Shown in pieces: positions 21,144-33,166 of a DNA stretch of 64,000 nucleotides. The stretch lies in the NCBI GenBank assembly GCA_963702425.1, contig CAVPCQ010000006.1, positions 32,001-96,000 of the forward strand, read 5' to 3'. The stretch is from an uncultured Acidobacteriota bacterium. Its GTDB lineage: Bacteria; Acidobacteriota; Polarisedimenticolia; J045. The notes below the pieces were generated by a model, which saw nothing but the letters and a program-made list of their open reading frames with translations, ran no database searches and was not told the origin of the DNA. A program made the translations under genes and the position numbers. Position 1 is the stretch's first letter. Each line of letters opens with the position of its first letter.

Positions 21144-22242
21144 GCGCGGCGCGCACCGCGTAGACCAGCAGCCGGGCCTCGACGCCGCTGACCGTCAACG
21201 GGATCCGGCGCTCGGCCTTGAACCCGAGGTGCCGGGTGATCGCGGCGTTTCCGGACAGCGCGGCCAGCGTCCAGCCCGCCAGCCGTTGACGCGCCAGCGT
21301 TCCGAGTCCGCGCCACGCGCCGGCGGCCTCGTCGGCGAGCCGCAGCCCCCACGGCGGGTTGGTCAGGACGAGGCCCGGCCCATCCGGCGGCTCGACCGTC
21401 TCGATCTCGGCGCACTCGAGCTCGACGTGGCGCCCGAGTCCCTGGCGCGCGAGCGCGGCGCGCGCCTCGGCCAGCGCGCGCGGGTTGCGATCCGAGGCGA
21501 GGAACGGGGCGTGCAGCGGAATCCGTTCGGGGCGCAACTCCTGGGCGATCGCCTCGAGCGGGAGGCCCGCGAACGGGAGCAGGGTCGAGACGGCCAGCGA
21601 ATCCGGCGTTCGCTGCGGCGGGATCCCGAGCGCAAGCGCCGCCGCTTCGGCGACCAGGGTTCCCGTTCCGCAGAACGGGTCGAGCAGCGGGCGCTCGGGA
21701 TCGACGCCCGCCAGCAGGGCGATCCCCGCCGCGACGTCTTCCCGCAGCGGAGCGATCCCCTGGCGGCCGGTCCCCCGCGCGTGGAGGCTGTGACCGCCGA
21801 GGTCGATCCCGGCCGACGCCGCGCCGCGCTCGAGCCGGAAATCGACCAGGATCCGCGCCCCGCGCGGGTCGACGGGAGGGCACGCGAGGCCCCGCGCGGC
21901 GAAGCGGTCGCGGACCGAGTCCTTGACCAGCCGCGCGGTGTGGAGCGGTGAGCGCAACTCCTCCGTGGTGCCGGTGACGCGGACGGCCCAGCCGACCTCG
22001 CGCGGCAGCCACTCCTCCCAAGCGATCCGGGTCAACTCGGGCTGAAACCCCTCGGCCTCCTCGGGGAGCCCCGTCGCGAGTTCCAGGATCACGCGCGGCG
22101 CCGAGCGCAGCCCGAGCGTCAGCCGCGCCCCCAGCAGCAGGTCGCCCGGCACGCGCACGGCGCCTCGGGCCGCGGACAGCGGCTCGGGGCCGCCGAGACG
22201 GCGCACCTCGTCCGCCACCGCCGGCTCGAGGCCGGCGGTCAC
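21133..22242 (-). CDS. THUMP-domain RNA methyltransferase (RlmL/YpsC-like)
   Basis: GLE..VADE, SLHARG, APLREDVAAG, DPFCGTGT, NPPWG; start uncertain. Confidence 0.8.
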   Translation of the reverse strand: MTAGLEPAVADEVRRLGGPEPLSAARGAVRVPGDLLLGARLTLGLRSAPRVILELATGLPEEAEGFQPELTRIAWEEWLPREVGWAVRVTGTTEELRSPLHTARLVKDSVRDRFAARGLACPPVDPRGARILVDFRLERGAASAGIDLGGHSLHARGTGRQGIAPLREDVAAGIALLAGVDPERPLLDPFCGTGTLVAEAAALALGIPPQRTPDSLAVSTLLPFAGLPLEAIAQELRPERIPLHAPFLASDRNPRALAEARAALARQGLGRHVELECAEIETVEPPDGPGLVLTNPPWGLRLADEAAGAWRGLGTLARQRLAGWTLAALSGNAAITRHLGFKAERRIPLTVSGVEARLLVYAVRAALRV

Positions 22243-22277
22243 GGCGAGGCGGAAGACGAGAGGGGCCGCCGTAAAGC

Positions 22278-22631
22278 TCAGGCGAGCGCGGCGCGCGCCT
22301 TGTCGACGAGCTGCGTGAAGGTCTGCGGCTGCTGCAGCGCCAGGTCGGCCAGAACGCGCCGATCGAGCTCGATGCCGGCCCTCTTCAACCCGTCGATGAA
22401 GCGGCTGTAGGAGATCCCGTTGGCGCGCGAGGCGGCGCCGATGCGGGTGATCCACAGCGCGCGGAAGTGGCGCTTCTTCTGCTTGCGCCCGGCGTAGGCG
22501 AAGAGCAGGGAGCGATCGACCTGCAGCTTCGCGATCCGGTAGCAGTTGTGCTTCGAGAGGTAGTAGCCCTTGGCCCGGGCCAGGATCTTGCGCCGGCGGT
22601 CGCGCCGGTTGGTACCCCGTTTCACGCGCAT
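22278..22631 (-). CDS. rplT: 50S ribosomal protein L20
   Basis: [37 protein letters not shown]. Confidence 0.98.
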   Translation of the reverse strand: MRVKRGTNRRDRRRKILARAKGYYLSKHNCYRIAKLQVDRSLLFAYAGRKQKKRHFRALWITRIGAASRANGISYSRFIDGLKRAGIELDRRVLADLALQQPQTFTQLVDKARAALA

Positions 22632-22706
22632 GGTGCGTTCTCCTTTCTCACCCTGGCCGGACGGGGAAGACCGGCTTCAGGTGACGCGGCGAGCTGGGCT
22701 CGGCCG

Positions 22707-22910
22707 TCAGGGGCGCCCGTAGGGGAGCATGCCGTTGAAGTTCTTCTCGTCGGCCTTGGAGATGAACGTCTCGGTGTCCAGGTGGCGGCGCCGTTTGCTG
22801 TCCTTCTTGGTGAGAATGTGACTCTTGTTGGCCTTGGAGCGCTTGAGCTTGCCGGTGGCCGTGATCCGGATTCTCTTCGCGGCGCCCCGGTGGGTCTTCA
22901 TCTTCGGCAT
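22707..22910 (-). CDS. rpmI: 50S ribosomal protein L35
   Basis: [19 protein letters not shown]. Confidence 0.98.
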   Translation of the reverse strand: MPKMKTHRGAAKRIRITATGKLKRSKANKSHILTKKDSKRRRHLDTETFISKADEKNFNGMLPYGRP

Positions 22911-22943
22911 GGCGGACTCCTGTGGGTGCCTTCTCGTGCGGTT

Positions 22944-24884
<1,941 letters not shown>

Positions 24885-25020
24885 CCTACCGCTCCCTTGC
24901 TCCGTCTTCCGCGTGGCGCAACGGCCGCGCGAACGGCGCCGCGGCCGCCCGGTTCGGCCCAGCCCGCGGCTGCGTCCCCGGTCTTCCGATGGGGAAGGCC
25001 CGTCCACCGGGCCCCGGGAC

Positions 25021-25095
25021 TGGTAGGCGCGGGCGGTTTCGAACCGCCGACCTCTACCGTGTCAAGGTAGCGCTCTCCCACTGAGCTACGCGCCT
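25021..25095 (-). tRNA. tRNA-Val(GAC)
   Basis: Cloverleaf AGGCGCG..TAGCTCAGTGGGAGAGC..CTACC-TTGACAC-GGTAG..GGTTCGAAACC..CGCGCCT-ACCA. Confidence 0.97.
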
Positions 25096-25172
25096 GTACG
25101 CTTGCCGCCGCACACCGGCGGGCGGCACCTCACCCAAGCGGCGTTCGCACGCCGGCAGGGGCGAAGTCGGGG

Positions 25173-25201
25173 ATGCTAGCAGCCCCCCCAGGGGGTGTCA
25201 A
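25173..25201 (-). promoter_or_regulatory. sigma70 promoter for tRNA-Val-thrS operon
   Basis: TTGACA-17 nt-TAGCAT with extended TG. Confidence 0.75.
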
Positions 25202-25353
25202 TCCGCGCCGGGTCAGCAGTTACGGGAATTGCCCGTGCTGGTTGCCGCGGGCCGCCGCCGTCCGCTAACATTCAGCGGTTCGACCCGCGCCGGATCTCAC
25301 TTCGCCTGACTTTCTCCTGCCGCCGGGACGGCGCGCCGGGACCGGAGCACTCG

Positions 25354-26502
25354 ATGGAATCCATCCTCGCCCTCGAAGACGGCCGTGTCTTCCAGGGGAA
25401 ACGGTTCGGTGCGGTCGGCGGGGTCAGTGGCGAGGTCGTCTTCAATACCGGGATGACCGGCTACCAGGAGATCCTCACCGATCCGTCCTATGCCGGCCAG
25501 TTGGTCTGCCTCACCGTGCCCCACGTCGGGAACACGGGCGTCAACTCCCAGGACCCCGAGGCCGACCGGATCCAGGCGGCCGGCCTGATCGTCCGCGAGG
25601 GCTCGACGACCGCCTCGTCCTGGCGCGCCGACGGCGACCTCCCGCAGTACCTCGTCTCGGCCGGCGTCGTCGGCATCAGCGGGATCGACACCCGCGCGCT
25701 GACCCGCCACCTGCGCTCGGCCGGCGTGATGCGCGGCCTGCTCGCGACCGACGGGACAGGTGCCGAGGAGGCGGTCGCCCGCGCCCGCTCCGCCCCCGCG
25801 ATCGGCGACGTCGACCTGGTGGGACGGGTGACCTGCGCCCGCTCGCACGCCTGGCGCGAGGGTCGTTCCGGCCTGCTCGGTGCCTTCTCCGAGGCGCCGG
25901 CGATGGGACCGCACGTCGTCGCCTTCGACTACGGGATCAAGCGCAACATGCTCCGGCTGCTGGCCGACTCCGGCTTCCGGCTGACCGTGGTGCCGGCGCA
26001 CACCTCGGCCTCGGAGGCGCTGGCGCTGCGTCCGGACGGGATCTTCCTCTCCAACGGGCCCGGGGACCCTGCGGTCTGCCGGTCCCAGATCGAAACGATC
26101 CGCGCGCTGCTGGGACGGGTGCCGATCTTCGGGATCTGCCTCGGCCACCAGCTCGCGGCGCACGCGCTGGGAGGAATGACATTCAAGCTCAAGTTCGGCC
26201 ACCGCGGGATCAACCATCCCGTGCGGGACGAGCGCACCGGCCGGGTCGCCATCACCTCGCAGAACCACGGCTATGCCGTGGCCGACGAGGGGCTGCCGGA
26301 CGCCGTCGAGGTCACGCACCGCAGCCTCTACGACGGGACCGTGGAGGGCCTGGCCCACCGCGAGCTGCCGTTCTTCAGCGTGCAGTACCACCCCGAAGCG
26401 GCGCCGGGTCCCCACGACGCGTGGGACCTCTTCGGCCGCTTCGCCCAGATGATGGCCGCCGGGCGTCCGCATGTTCCGTCCGTGCGGTTGCGCTCGGCAT
26501 GA
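25354..26502 (+). CDS. carA: Carbamoyl-phosphate synthase small subunit
   Basis: GEVVFNTGMTGYQE, SNGPGDP, GICLGHQ, SQNHG, QYHPE. Confidence 0.97.
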   Translation: MESILALEDGRVFQGKRFGAVGGVSGEVVFNTGMTGYQEILTDPSYAGQLVCLTVPHVGNTGVNSQDPEADRIQAAGLIVREGSTTASSWRADGDLPQYLVSAGVVGISGIDTRALTRHLRSAGVMRGLLATDGTGAEEAVARARSAPAIGDVDLVGRVTCARSHAWREGRSGLLGAFSEAPAMGPHVVAFDYGIKRNMLRLLADSGFRLTVVPAHTSASEALALRPDGIFLSNGPGDPAVCRSQIETIRALLGRVPIFGICLGHQLAAHALGGMTFKLKFGHRGINHPVRDERTGRVAITSQNHGYAVADEGLPDAVEVTHRSLYDGTVEGLAHRELPFFSVQYHPEAAPGPHDAWDLFGRFAQMMAAGRPHVPSVRLRSA

Positions 26503-26527
26503 GCGCCTTTTCGCGGAGAGGGTAAGG

Positions 26528-27673
26528 ATGGCCGACTGGAAGTCGCCGATGCGTGCGGATCCCTCCGAGTGGCTGGTGCTCAACGCCGGGGCGCCACTCA
26601 AGTACCGCCTGCTGACCGAGCTGCACAACCTCACCGTGGCCGACCCCAACGTCGCCAAGCTGCGGCAGGAGTGCATCGCCTGGCCGGCGGCGAAGCAGGA
26701 GATGCGTTACCAGCGCCAGGACGGCTCGTGGGGTGGCGTGGCGCTGGGGGGCGATCCGCGCAAGACCGAGCGCTCGACCGAGCGCACGCTCTGGTGGCTC
26801 TACGAGCTGACCTGGGACCGCGAGTCGAAAGAGGTGCGCAACGCGGCCAAGATGCTCAAGAGCTTCCTGACCCACAAGAAGGACATCCCGCTCTTCGAGT
26901 TCAAGACGCAGGTCAAGCAGGACCCGCTGCGCGAGCGGCACTATCGCTGGCTGCTCAAGATCGCGGCACTCCCGCTGCTGGCCCGCGGCGGCTACCTCGA
27001 GGACAAGGTCCTCGACGCGGTCGAGGAGCTGATGAACAACGTCATGTCGTTCGTCAGCGACCCGGTCTCGCGCCGCCCGGTCGAGCACGTCGGCGTCGGC
27101 CTGCCGCAGCTCCGGCCGGAGGCGTTCCGGCAGCACTACGTCTTCATCCCCGACATCTACATCCTGCGGACCTTCGCCCACGTGCCGATGATGCTCGACT
27201 CGCAGCGGGCGCGGAACATCCTCAAGAAGATCTTCGACTACGTGCTTTCGCCGGACTACCAGGACCTCGGCTACGACATCGGGTCGATCCGGACGGCGCG
27301 CGGCTCGATTCCGCGGAGCTTCGGGATCCAGCTGCGGCCGATCGAGGAATACACCGAGAAGGGGAACCTCGAGGAGCTGTTCTACCTGCTCGAGCAGTTC
27401 GCGCGGCTGGGGCTGATCAACCGCTACCCGACCCTGATGGGCTACCTCGAGTGGCTGCTGGCCCAGCAGCAGAAGGACGGGCGCTGGGACCTGCCGCAGA
27501 AGTACTTCGGCGGCAAGCCGCTCTACCAGTCGTGGGTCCGGCTCGAGAAGGACTGGAAGAGCCCCAACCGGCGGATCGCCGACGTGACCTTCCGGATCAT
27601 GCTGATCCTGCGCTACCAGTGGGAGCGGCAGATCAAGATGCTCGACCGCGGCGCCGACATGTATGCCTTCTGA
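26528..27673 (+). CDS. Conserved hypothetical protein with prenyltransferase/squalene-oxidase-like repeats
   Basis: QW-like motifs QRQDGSWGG and QQQKDGRW; strongly biased codon use; RBS-like AAGG before ATG. Confidence 0.6.
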   Translation: MADWKSPMRADPSEWLVLNAGAPLKYRLLTELHNLTVADPNVAKLRQECIAWPAAKQEMRYQRQDGSWGGVALGGDPRKTERSTERTLWWLYELTWDRESKEVRNAAKMLKSFLTHKKDIPLFEFKTQVKQDPLRERHYRWLLKIAALPLLARGGYLEDKVLDAVEELMNNVMSFVSDPVSRRPVEHVGVGLPQLRPEAFRQHYVFIPDIYILRTFAHVPMMLDSQRARNILKKIFDYVLSPDYQDLGYDIGSIRTARGSIPRSFGIQLRPIEEYTEKGNLEELFYLLEQFARLGLINRYPTLMGYLEWLLAQQQKDGRWDLPQKYFGGKPLYQSWVRLEKDWKSPNRRIADVTFRIMLILRYQWERQIKMLDRGADMYAF

Positions 27674-29728
27674 CCGGCCCGCCGGCGCGCCGGCGCTGCT
27701 GGTCTCGCGCGCCGTCCGGCGCCGGGCGCACGAGGTGGCGATCGGGAACGTGACCGTCGGCGGGCGGTACCCGATCGCGATCCAGTCGATGACCACGACC
27801 CGCACCGCGGACGCCGCGGCCACCGCCGCCCAGGTCGCCGCGCTGGCGCGCGCCGGCTGCGCGATCGTGCGCGTGACGGTCCCCTCCAAGCCGGACGCCG
27901 AGGCGCTCCCGGAGATCCGGCGCCTGCTGGCGCAGGAAGGGGTGACGGTCCCGCTCGTCGCGGACATCCACTTCACGCCGAACCTGGCGCTCGCCGTGGT
28001 CGACCTGGTCGAGAAGGTGCGGGTGAACCCCGGGAACTTCGCCGACCGCAAGAGCCTGAAGGGCGAGGCCTACGACGACGCGCGCTGGGACCAGGACGTG
28101 CAGCGCCTCTACGAGCTCTTCGCGCCGCTCGTCGACCGCGCGCGGGAGCGGGGCGTGGCGCTGCGGATCGGCACCAACCACGGCTCGCTCTCCGACCGGA
28201 TCGTGCACCGCTTCGGCGACAGCCCGCTGGGGATGGTCGAGTCGGCGCTGGAGTTCGTCCGGATCGCCGAGGACCGCGGCTTCGACCGGATCGTGATCTC
28301 GATGAAGGCCAGCAACCCGCAGGTCATGGTGCGCGCCTACCGGCTGCTGGTGGACCGCCTCGACCGCGAGCACCGGCCGTACCCCTTGCACCTCGGCGTG
28401 ACCGAGGCCGGAGGGGGCGACGAGGGGCGGATCAAGTCGTCGGCCGGGATCGCGACGCTGCTGGCCGACGGGCTGGGCGACACCGTGCGGGTCTCGCTCA
28501 CCGAAGACCCGGTCAACGAGGTGCCGGTGGCGCGGGAACTGGTCCGGCAGTTCGGACTGGGCGGGACTCTGCCCGCAGCGGTCGTTGAGACGAGCGGGTC
28601 CGCTCGAGCGCGGCGGGAATCCGCGGGTCGAGGTCGTGGAGACGAGGGATCCGCTCGACCCGGTGCGTCGCGCCGCGGCGCGGATCGAAGCCGGTCCGAT
28701 GGCCTTCGGCGGCGACGAAGTGCCGCGCGTCGAGCTGGTCGTTCCGGCCGGGGGCGCGCGCGAGGTGGCGGCCCTGCTGGCGCTGCGGCCGCCGGTCGAG
28801 GTGGTCGACGTGCCGGTGGAGGATGCCGCCGGGCTCGACGCCGCCGTCGCCTTCCTCGTGCAGTTCCCGGCGGGGGTCGTGACGCGCTCGCTCACGCTGG
28901 AGAACGCGCAGGCCCGCGCTGCGGCGTTCGCGCGCCGCGCGGCGTGGGCCTTCCGGGTCGACCGGCTCACGCTCGTGGTCGATGAGGACGAGTCATTCGG
29001 CGCATCCCTCGCAGCGACCGGCGGCCTGCCCGTCCTCGTCCTGCTGCGCACGGACGGCGCGCCGGGAGCCGCGGGGACCGAAGCGATCGCGCGCTTTGCG
29101 TCGGCCGTCGCCGGCCTCGCCCCGGGCGTGATGGCAGGATTGCAGCTCGGAGAATGCGCCGCGCCGATCGAATCGTTCCGCCTGCTGGCCGCGTGCCTCG
29201 ACCGGGCCGGCTCGCGGGCTGCCGATCGTGCTCGGCGATCGTCCGTCTGCGGCCGGCGACGACCGCCGGATCGGCGTCGCGGGGCGGCTCGGCTCGCTGC
29301 TGCTGGACGGGATCGGCGACGCGGTGCGGCTCCCCGCGGCACCCGACGCCGCGGCGACGGCGAAACTCCTGCACGACGTGCTGCAGGCGGCGCGCCGCCG
29401 ACTCGAGCGCGCCGACTACATCGCCTGCCCGTCGTGCGGACGGACGCTCTTCGAGCTCGAGGAGACGACCGAGCGGGTGCGGCAGCTGACCGCGCACCTG
29501 AAGCTGAAGATCGCGGTGATGGGGTGCGTCGTGAACGGGCCGGGCGAGATGGCCGACGCCGACTTCGGCTACGTCGGGTGGGGCGCGGGGAAGGTGGCGC
29601 TCTTCGTCGGCCGCGAGCTGGTCGAGCGCGACGTGCCGTCGGCCGAGGCGCCGCAGAAGCTGGTCGAACTGATCCGCGCTCGCGGGCGCTGGACCGACCC
29701 GGAACCCGCGCCGGAAACCGCTCCGTAG
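27663..29728 (+). CDS. ispG: HMBPP synthase IspG, long three-domain type (apparent frameshifts ~28590 and ~29220)
   Basis: [37 protein letters not shown]; C-terminal [17 protein letters not shown] 4Fe-4S motifs. Confidence 0.92.
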
Positions 29729-29879
29729 CCCGCTTCGGTCCGGATCCGGTCTCGGTCCGGCCAGCGTCCGGTCGAGCTGGCCGATCGTCGGACAGCGTGA
29801 CCCGCGCCTCGCTTCCGGCCGGTCGGCAAGCGAAGCCCGAAGTCACGTTCTCGCTTCGACTTGCCGGCGTGTACCCGGC

Positions 29880-29895
29880 TGGCACGGGGGTTGTA
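29880..29895 (+). promoter_or_regulatory. Putative sigma54 (-24/-12) promoter
   Basis: TGGCAC-GGGGG-TTGTA, one mismatch (at the conserved -12 GC) to TGGCAC-N5-TTGCW. Confidence 0.45.
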
Positions 29896-29905
29896 ATAGG
29901 AATGT

Positions 29906-30058
29906 TCGCTACCGAGAGCCGCCCTCACGAAACCGGAGTGGCCCGACCCTCCGGACTCGCGGCTCAGAAAGGACTCGCGCGCCCCTGACCCTCTCCTCTT
30001 CGGGACCTCCGCACCCTCGGGGCCCTGGCCGATCCCCCCGGCCAGGGCCCCAAAATCT
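29906..30058 (+). ncRNA. Candidate sigma54-dependent small RNA
   Basis: Nested stems gagccgc/gcggctc and ccggag/ctccgg, CU-rich single-stranded region, perfect 13-bp hairpin 30019-30051; no credible + strand ORF. Confidence 0.35.
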
Positions 30059-30868
30059 TCCGTGGACCTCCTGGAGTCGCTGCGGGGCGCCCGCGCCGGC
30101 GATTCTGGCCCCAACGCGGCTCAGCTCGCGCTTCCCATTTCCCCACAGCTCCTTCGCGGCTCGCATGTCCTCTTGGCACTCACGACAGAGGTCCCGCACG
30201 AGCCTGAACGTGAACAAGCCTCTCAGTACGGCGTAGGCCACTGACCGTCCGGTTGGAGGAGCCAGGATGCAATCAGGGTTTCTGCAATGCCCTCCAAGCA
30301 CACCGATATCGTAGCAGTGGGCCGGGTTCGTCCCCAGGCCCAGTACGTGCGCGAATTCGTGTTTCAGTGTTCGCGCCTCGAGATACTCGCCCGGAACCCT
30401 GTCCTGCGCGACGAAGATCCCGAAATATGCCCCCTCACCGCACCCCTCCGCCTCCACACGTTCCATGAATGCATAACTTTCATCGTGACCGACATACCTC
30501 ACGAAGACATGTCTATTCCGCGTTGGCCATTGCTTCCGACACGTCACAACCCCCAGATTGTCCCACTCCACCTCTTCCGCGACCGACTCGCCCCACACCC
30601 AGCGACAACTCACCCCTGAGTACTGCGCGCAGAACTCCGTGAGCTCGTCGAGGGCCCTCTCTGAGGGCTTCTCTCCTTCCGCGTGATAGACGACAAACAC
30701 CACCGAGACGGCTGCTGGCGCAAAGTACTCCTCGCGGAGGCCCCACGGAGCACTGCTTGTTGCTGTCTGCACCTCCGGTAGTGGATGTCGTAGAACGGTC
30801 CGGCAGCCAGTCACGACGCCTCCGACCGAGCACGCACACGCGACCAGCCAGAAGCGTCGGTACATCAT
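29909..30868 (-). CDS. Putative lipoprotein zinc metalloprotease (archaemetzincin-like); 3' end probably runs on beyond the true domain
   Basis: Lipobox VVTG-C; HEFAHVLGLG..H; Cys cluster HC..DC..LCREC. Confidence 0.6.
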   Translation of the reverse strand: MMYRRFWLVACACSVGGVVTGCRTVLRHPLPEVQTATSSAPWGLREEYFAPAAVSVVFVVYHAEGEKPSERALDELTEFCAQYSGVSCRWVWGESVAEEVEWDNLGVVTCRKQWPTRNRHVFVRYVGHDESYAFMERVEAEGCGEGAYFGIFVAQDRVPGEYLEARTLKHEFAHVLGLGTNPAHCYDIGVLGGHCRNPDCILAPPTGRSVAYAVLRGLFTFRLVRDLCRECQEDMRAAKELWGNGKRELSRVGARIAGAGAPQRLQEVHGRFWGPGRGDRPGPRGCGGPEEERVRGARVLSEPRVRRVGPLRFREGGSR

Positions 30869-31596
30869 CAACGCACCCGCGTGCCAGCTCGCGTCAGCAA
30901 CAGGACGCCACATCCCACCAAACACAACGCTATCGCCGCCAGCTGGGCTCGGTTGACATCTGTCAGGCCGGTCGGACCGTCAAGCCGAAGGTACTGCAGC
31001 GCGAACCGGATCGCTCCGAAGGAGAGCAGGTAGAACCCGGTTGCGAACCCATCACCGATGCGTTCACGCCGAAGAATCAACACGAGGAGAACTCCGGCCA
31101 CGGCCGCCGCTTCGTAGAGCTGTACTGGGTGCAGCGGGATTGGGCCCACCAAGAGAGCGGCTGCGCTTGCCGGTGGCGGTCTCATGCCGAGGAAGAACGT
31201 CGTCGGGCGCCCCAGGCAACATCCGTTGACGAAGCAGCCCAGCCGCCCGACGACCTGACCGACACTCACAGACACGAAGGCGCAGTCCAGCGCTGTCAGA
31301 AATGGAACCCTCACAGCGGCCGCCCCTAATGCAACCCCACCGATCCCGCCGACCAGACAACCGAGAATGGTCGCCGGAGCACGCAACGGCGACGCCAAGA
31401 GACTTCTAGCCGCCGTCAGGAAGCCAATACTCCCGTGCCCAAATAGCACTGGCTCGAGAAGTACTCCTCCGTACGAACCAAGTACGAGCGCTGGTACGAC
31501 TACCGCGATCGCCCTCGGTCCGGCCCGTAGCCACAGTAGCCAGCCGCATACAGCGGCGCCGCACAGGGTCGCTGCCAGGTACAGGGAAGCCGCCAT
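30868..31596 (-). CDS. Prolipoprotein diacylglyceryl transferase (Lgt) family paralog
   Basis: GRLGCFVNGCCLG, HPVQLYE, RF...YLR; multiple TM segments. Confidence 0.8.
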   Translation of the reverse strand: MAASLYLAATLCGAAVCGWLLWLRAGPRAIAVVVPALVLGSYGGVLLEPVLFGHGSIGFLTAARSLLASPLRAPATILGCLVGGIGGVALGAAAVRVPFLTALDCAFVSVSVGQVVGRLGCFVNGCCLGRPTTFFLGMRPPPASAAALLVGPIPLHPVQLYEAAAVAGVLLVLILRRERIGDGFATGFYLLSFGAIRFALQYLRLDGPTGLTDVNRAQLAAIALCLVGCGVLLLTRAGTRVR

Positions 31597-31626
31597 GGAT
31601 CGACGCCAGGGCTCACGCTATCGCGC

Positions 31627-32334
31627 TCACTCCTCGCGCTCGTGCGCGACACCTTTCACGATCATCATCGCGGTCGAGGTTGTGGGATTGATCGTTCCCT
31701 CCAGATCGATCGTCACCGGAATCTCGCTGCCTTCCGGATAGTAGTCGTTCCTTAGCTGCGCCGAGAGGCGCAAGGTGACCTCGCCTGTCACGATGTTTAT
31801 CTCCCCCCGACTGAGAAACCCTCCCCTAAGCGAGTACACGTTCACACCGGTCGCATTCGGCGCCGTCGCGGAATGCACCAGCGACGGCACTGTTGCGGTG
31901 AAGCTCTTCACGCGCAACTTGCGCAGATTCGGCTGATCTCCTGCCTCTATCGCAAACACAATTCCAACTTCCGATAGTTGCAGGCCAAGACTAATCCCTG
32001 TCCCCCATGCATAGAAGTTCTCGATGTCGAACGACGGCACTCCAGTTGAAACTCCAGCGTATTCGGCACCGACAGCCCAGAAGTTCCCCGGAGGCCCTGA
32101 CACCCGGCTCAAGCTAGCGGTCATGTAGAGGAGGCTCGCCTCCCTACAGGCGATCGAGATCCCCGGGTTCCTGCATCCGCCTTGGTCTCCGCAGTACTGG
32201 TTACACTGCCCGCAGTTGTCAGTCCACCACTTCACGCCGTCTTTGATTGTATACCAGCAATCGCATACTTGAGCCCATCCAACGGTCGGCACTACGAACA
32301 TGAGGAGCAACAGCGCCAAGCATGCTCTTCTCAT
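31627..32334 (-). CDS. Secreted protein with Cys-rich N-terminal module
   Basis: Sec signal MRRACLALLLLMFVVPTVGWA; 7 Cys in the next ~42 aa; GGAGG RBS. Confidence 0.7.
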   Translation of the reverse strand: MRRACLALLLLMFVVPTVGWAQVCDCWYTIKDGVKWWTDNCGQCNQYCGDQGGCRNPGISIACREASLLYMTASLSRVSGPPGNFWAVGAEYAGVSTGVPSFDIENFYAWGTGISLGLQLSEVGIVFAIEAGDQPNLRKLRVKSFTATVPSLVHSATAPNATGVNVYSLRGGFLSRGEINIVTGEVTLRLSAQLRNDYYPEGSEIPVTIDLEGTINPTTSTAMMIVKGVAHEREE

Positions 32335-32924
32335 CGTCTCGTTCCTCCGTTATTCGGTACGAATTGCTCGATTTCCTCAGCAGTCCACCCGTATCCTAAG
32401 AACACGCCGTCGGAAGATGCGACAAGAGCAATGGGAAAGGTGATTATGCAGCCCAAGTATTTCGGCAGCGGTCGCTCGACAACAAAAGCATCGTCGGTCT
32501 TGCGAAGGTAGTCACGAACCTTGCCGGGCTGCACGTCATACGACACCAGCAAGAGCCTACTCGGCACGGTTGCGGAAACAACGAGTGCTCTCACGCGATC
32601 AACCCAGTCGAGCACGCCGGCATCGAATGACGGAATCAGAGCTACCACGGTTACCTGCCGGTAGTATTCGGACAACGGATGCGTCGCGCCTCGAATAGGC
32701 GTGAGCCGGAGCGCAGGCAACGATTCCCCGATGTGTTCGCGAAGTCGCTCGCCGGTGAATCGCATCGCCGCTTTCACTCCTTGAGCTGCAGCGATCCGGG
32801 CCACTTCTTTGGAACACTCGTTGTCATGGCGCGCGGCTCCAGAAGATGCGCATCCACCTGCAACCAGCACGACTAGCGAAGCTACCAGCGATCGCCGTAG
32901 GCTATTCCCGAGGGCGGATCTCAT
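32331..32924 (-). CDS. Hypothetical lipoprotein, possible thioredoxin-like fold without CxxC
   Basis: Lipobox VAGG-C; IGESLPALRL, LLVSYD, FPIALVASSDG resemble a TlpA/redoxin scaffold. Confidence 0.55.
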   Translation of the reverse strand: MRSALGNSLRRSLVASLVVLVAGGCASSGAARHDNECSKEVARIAAAQGVKAAMRFTGERLREHIGESLPALRLTPIRGATHPLSEYYRQVTVVALIPSFDAGVLDWVDRVRALVVSATVPSRLLLVSYDVQPGKVRDYLRKTDDAFVVERPLPKYLGCIITFPIALVASSDGVFLGYGWTAEEIEQFVPNNGGTRR

Positions 32925-33166
32925 CTCCAGCTCGGAAAATGAAGGAGAGTCGGGACGGAGCCGGCAGGAACTTCTCGCCGCGTCTCAGCCACACGGCCAG
33001 AATCCCAGTTTACGCCAAGAGGGTGCTCGTTACCCCTGGGAGGAGCCGTCTGAGAAGGAGGCTGCGGCGCGAATGCGGGTGCGCCATCGACCGAGGTCGA
33101 GATTGCCAACAACACGCCCGTCATGTAGCAGCAGGAAGAACCCTGCTTCTCGCGCTTCGTGATCAT
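32921..33166 (-). CDS. Small hypothetical protein (81 aa), first gene of island operon
   Basis: Strong GAGGAGG RBS before ATG 33166; stop overlaps next start (ATGA). Confidence 0.35.
   Translation of the reverse strand: MITKREKQGSSCCYMTGVLLAISTSVDGAPAFAPQPPSQTAPPRGNEHPLGVNWDSGRVAETRREVPAGSVPTLLHFPSWR

Noticed and set aside
18590-21163. PheS-PheT fusion (857-aa ORF)
   Set aside because: Chance frame continuity caused by indels; pheS ends at TAG 19334 and pheT has its own GTG at 19322
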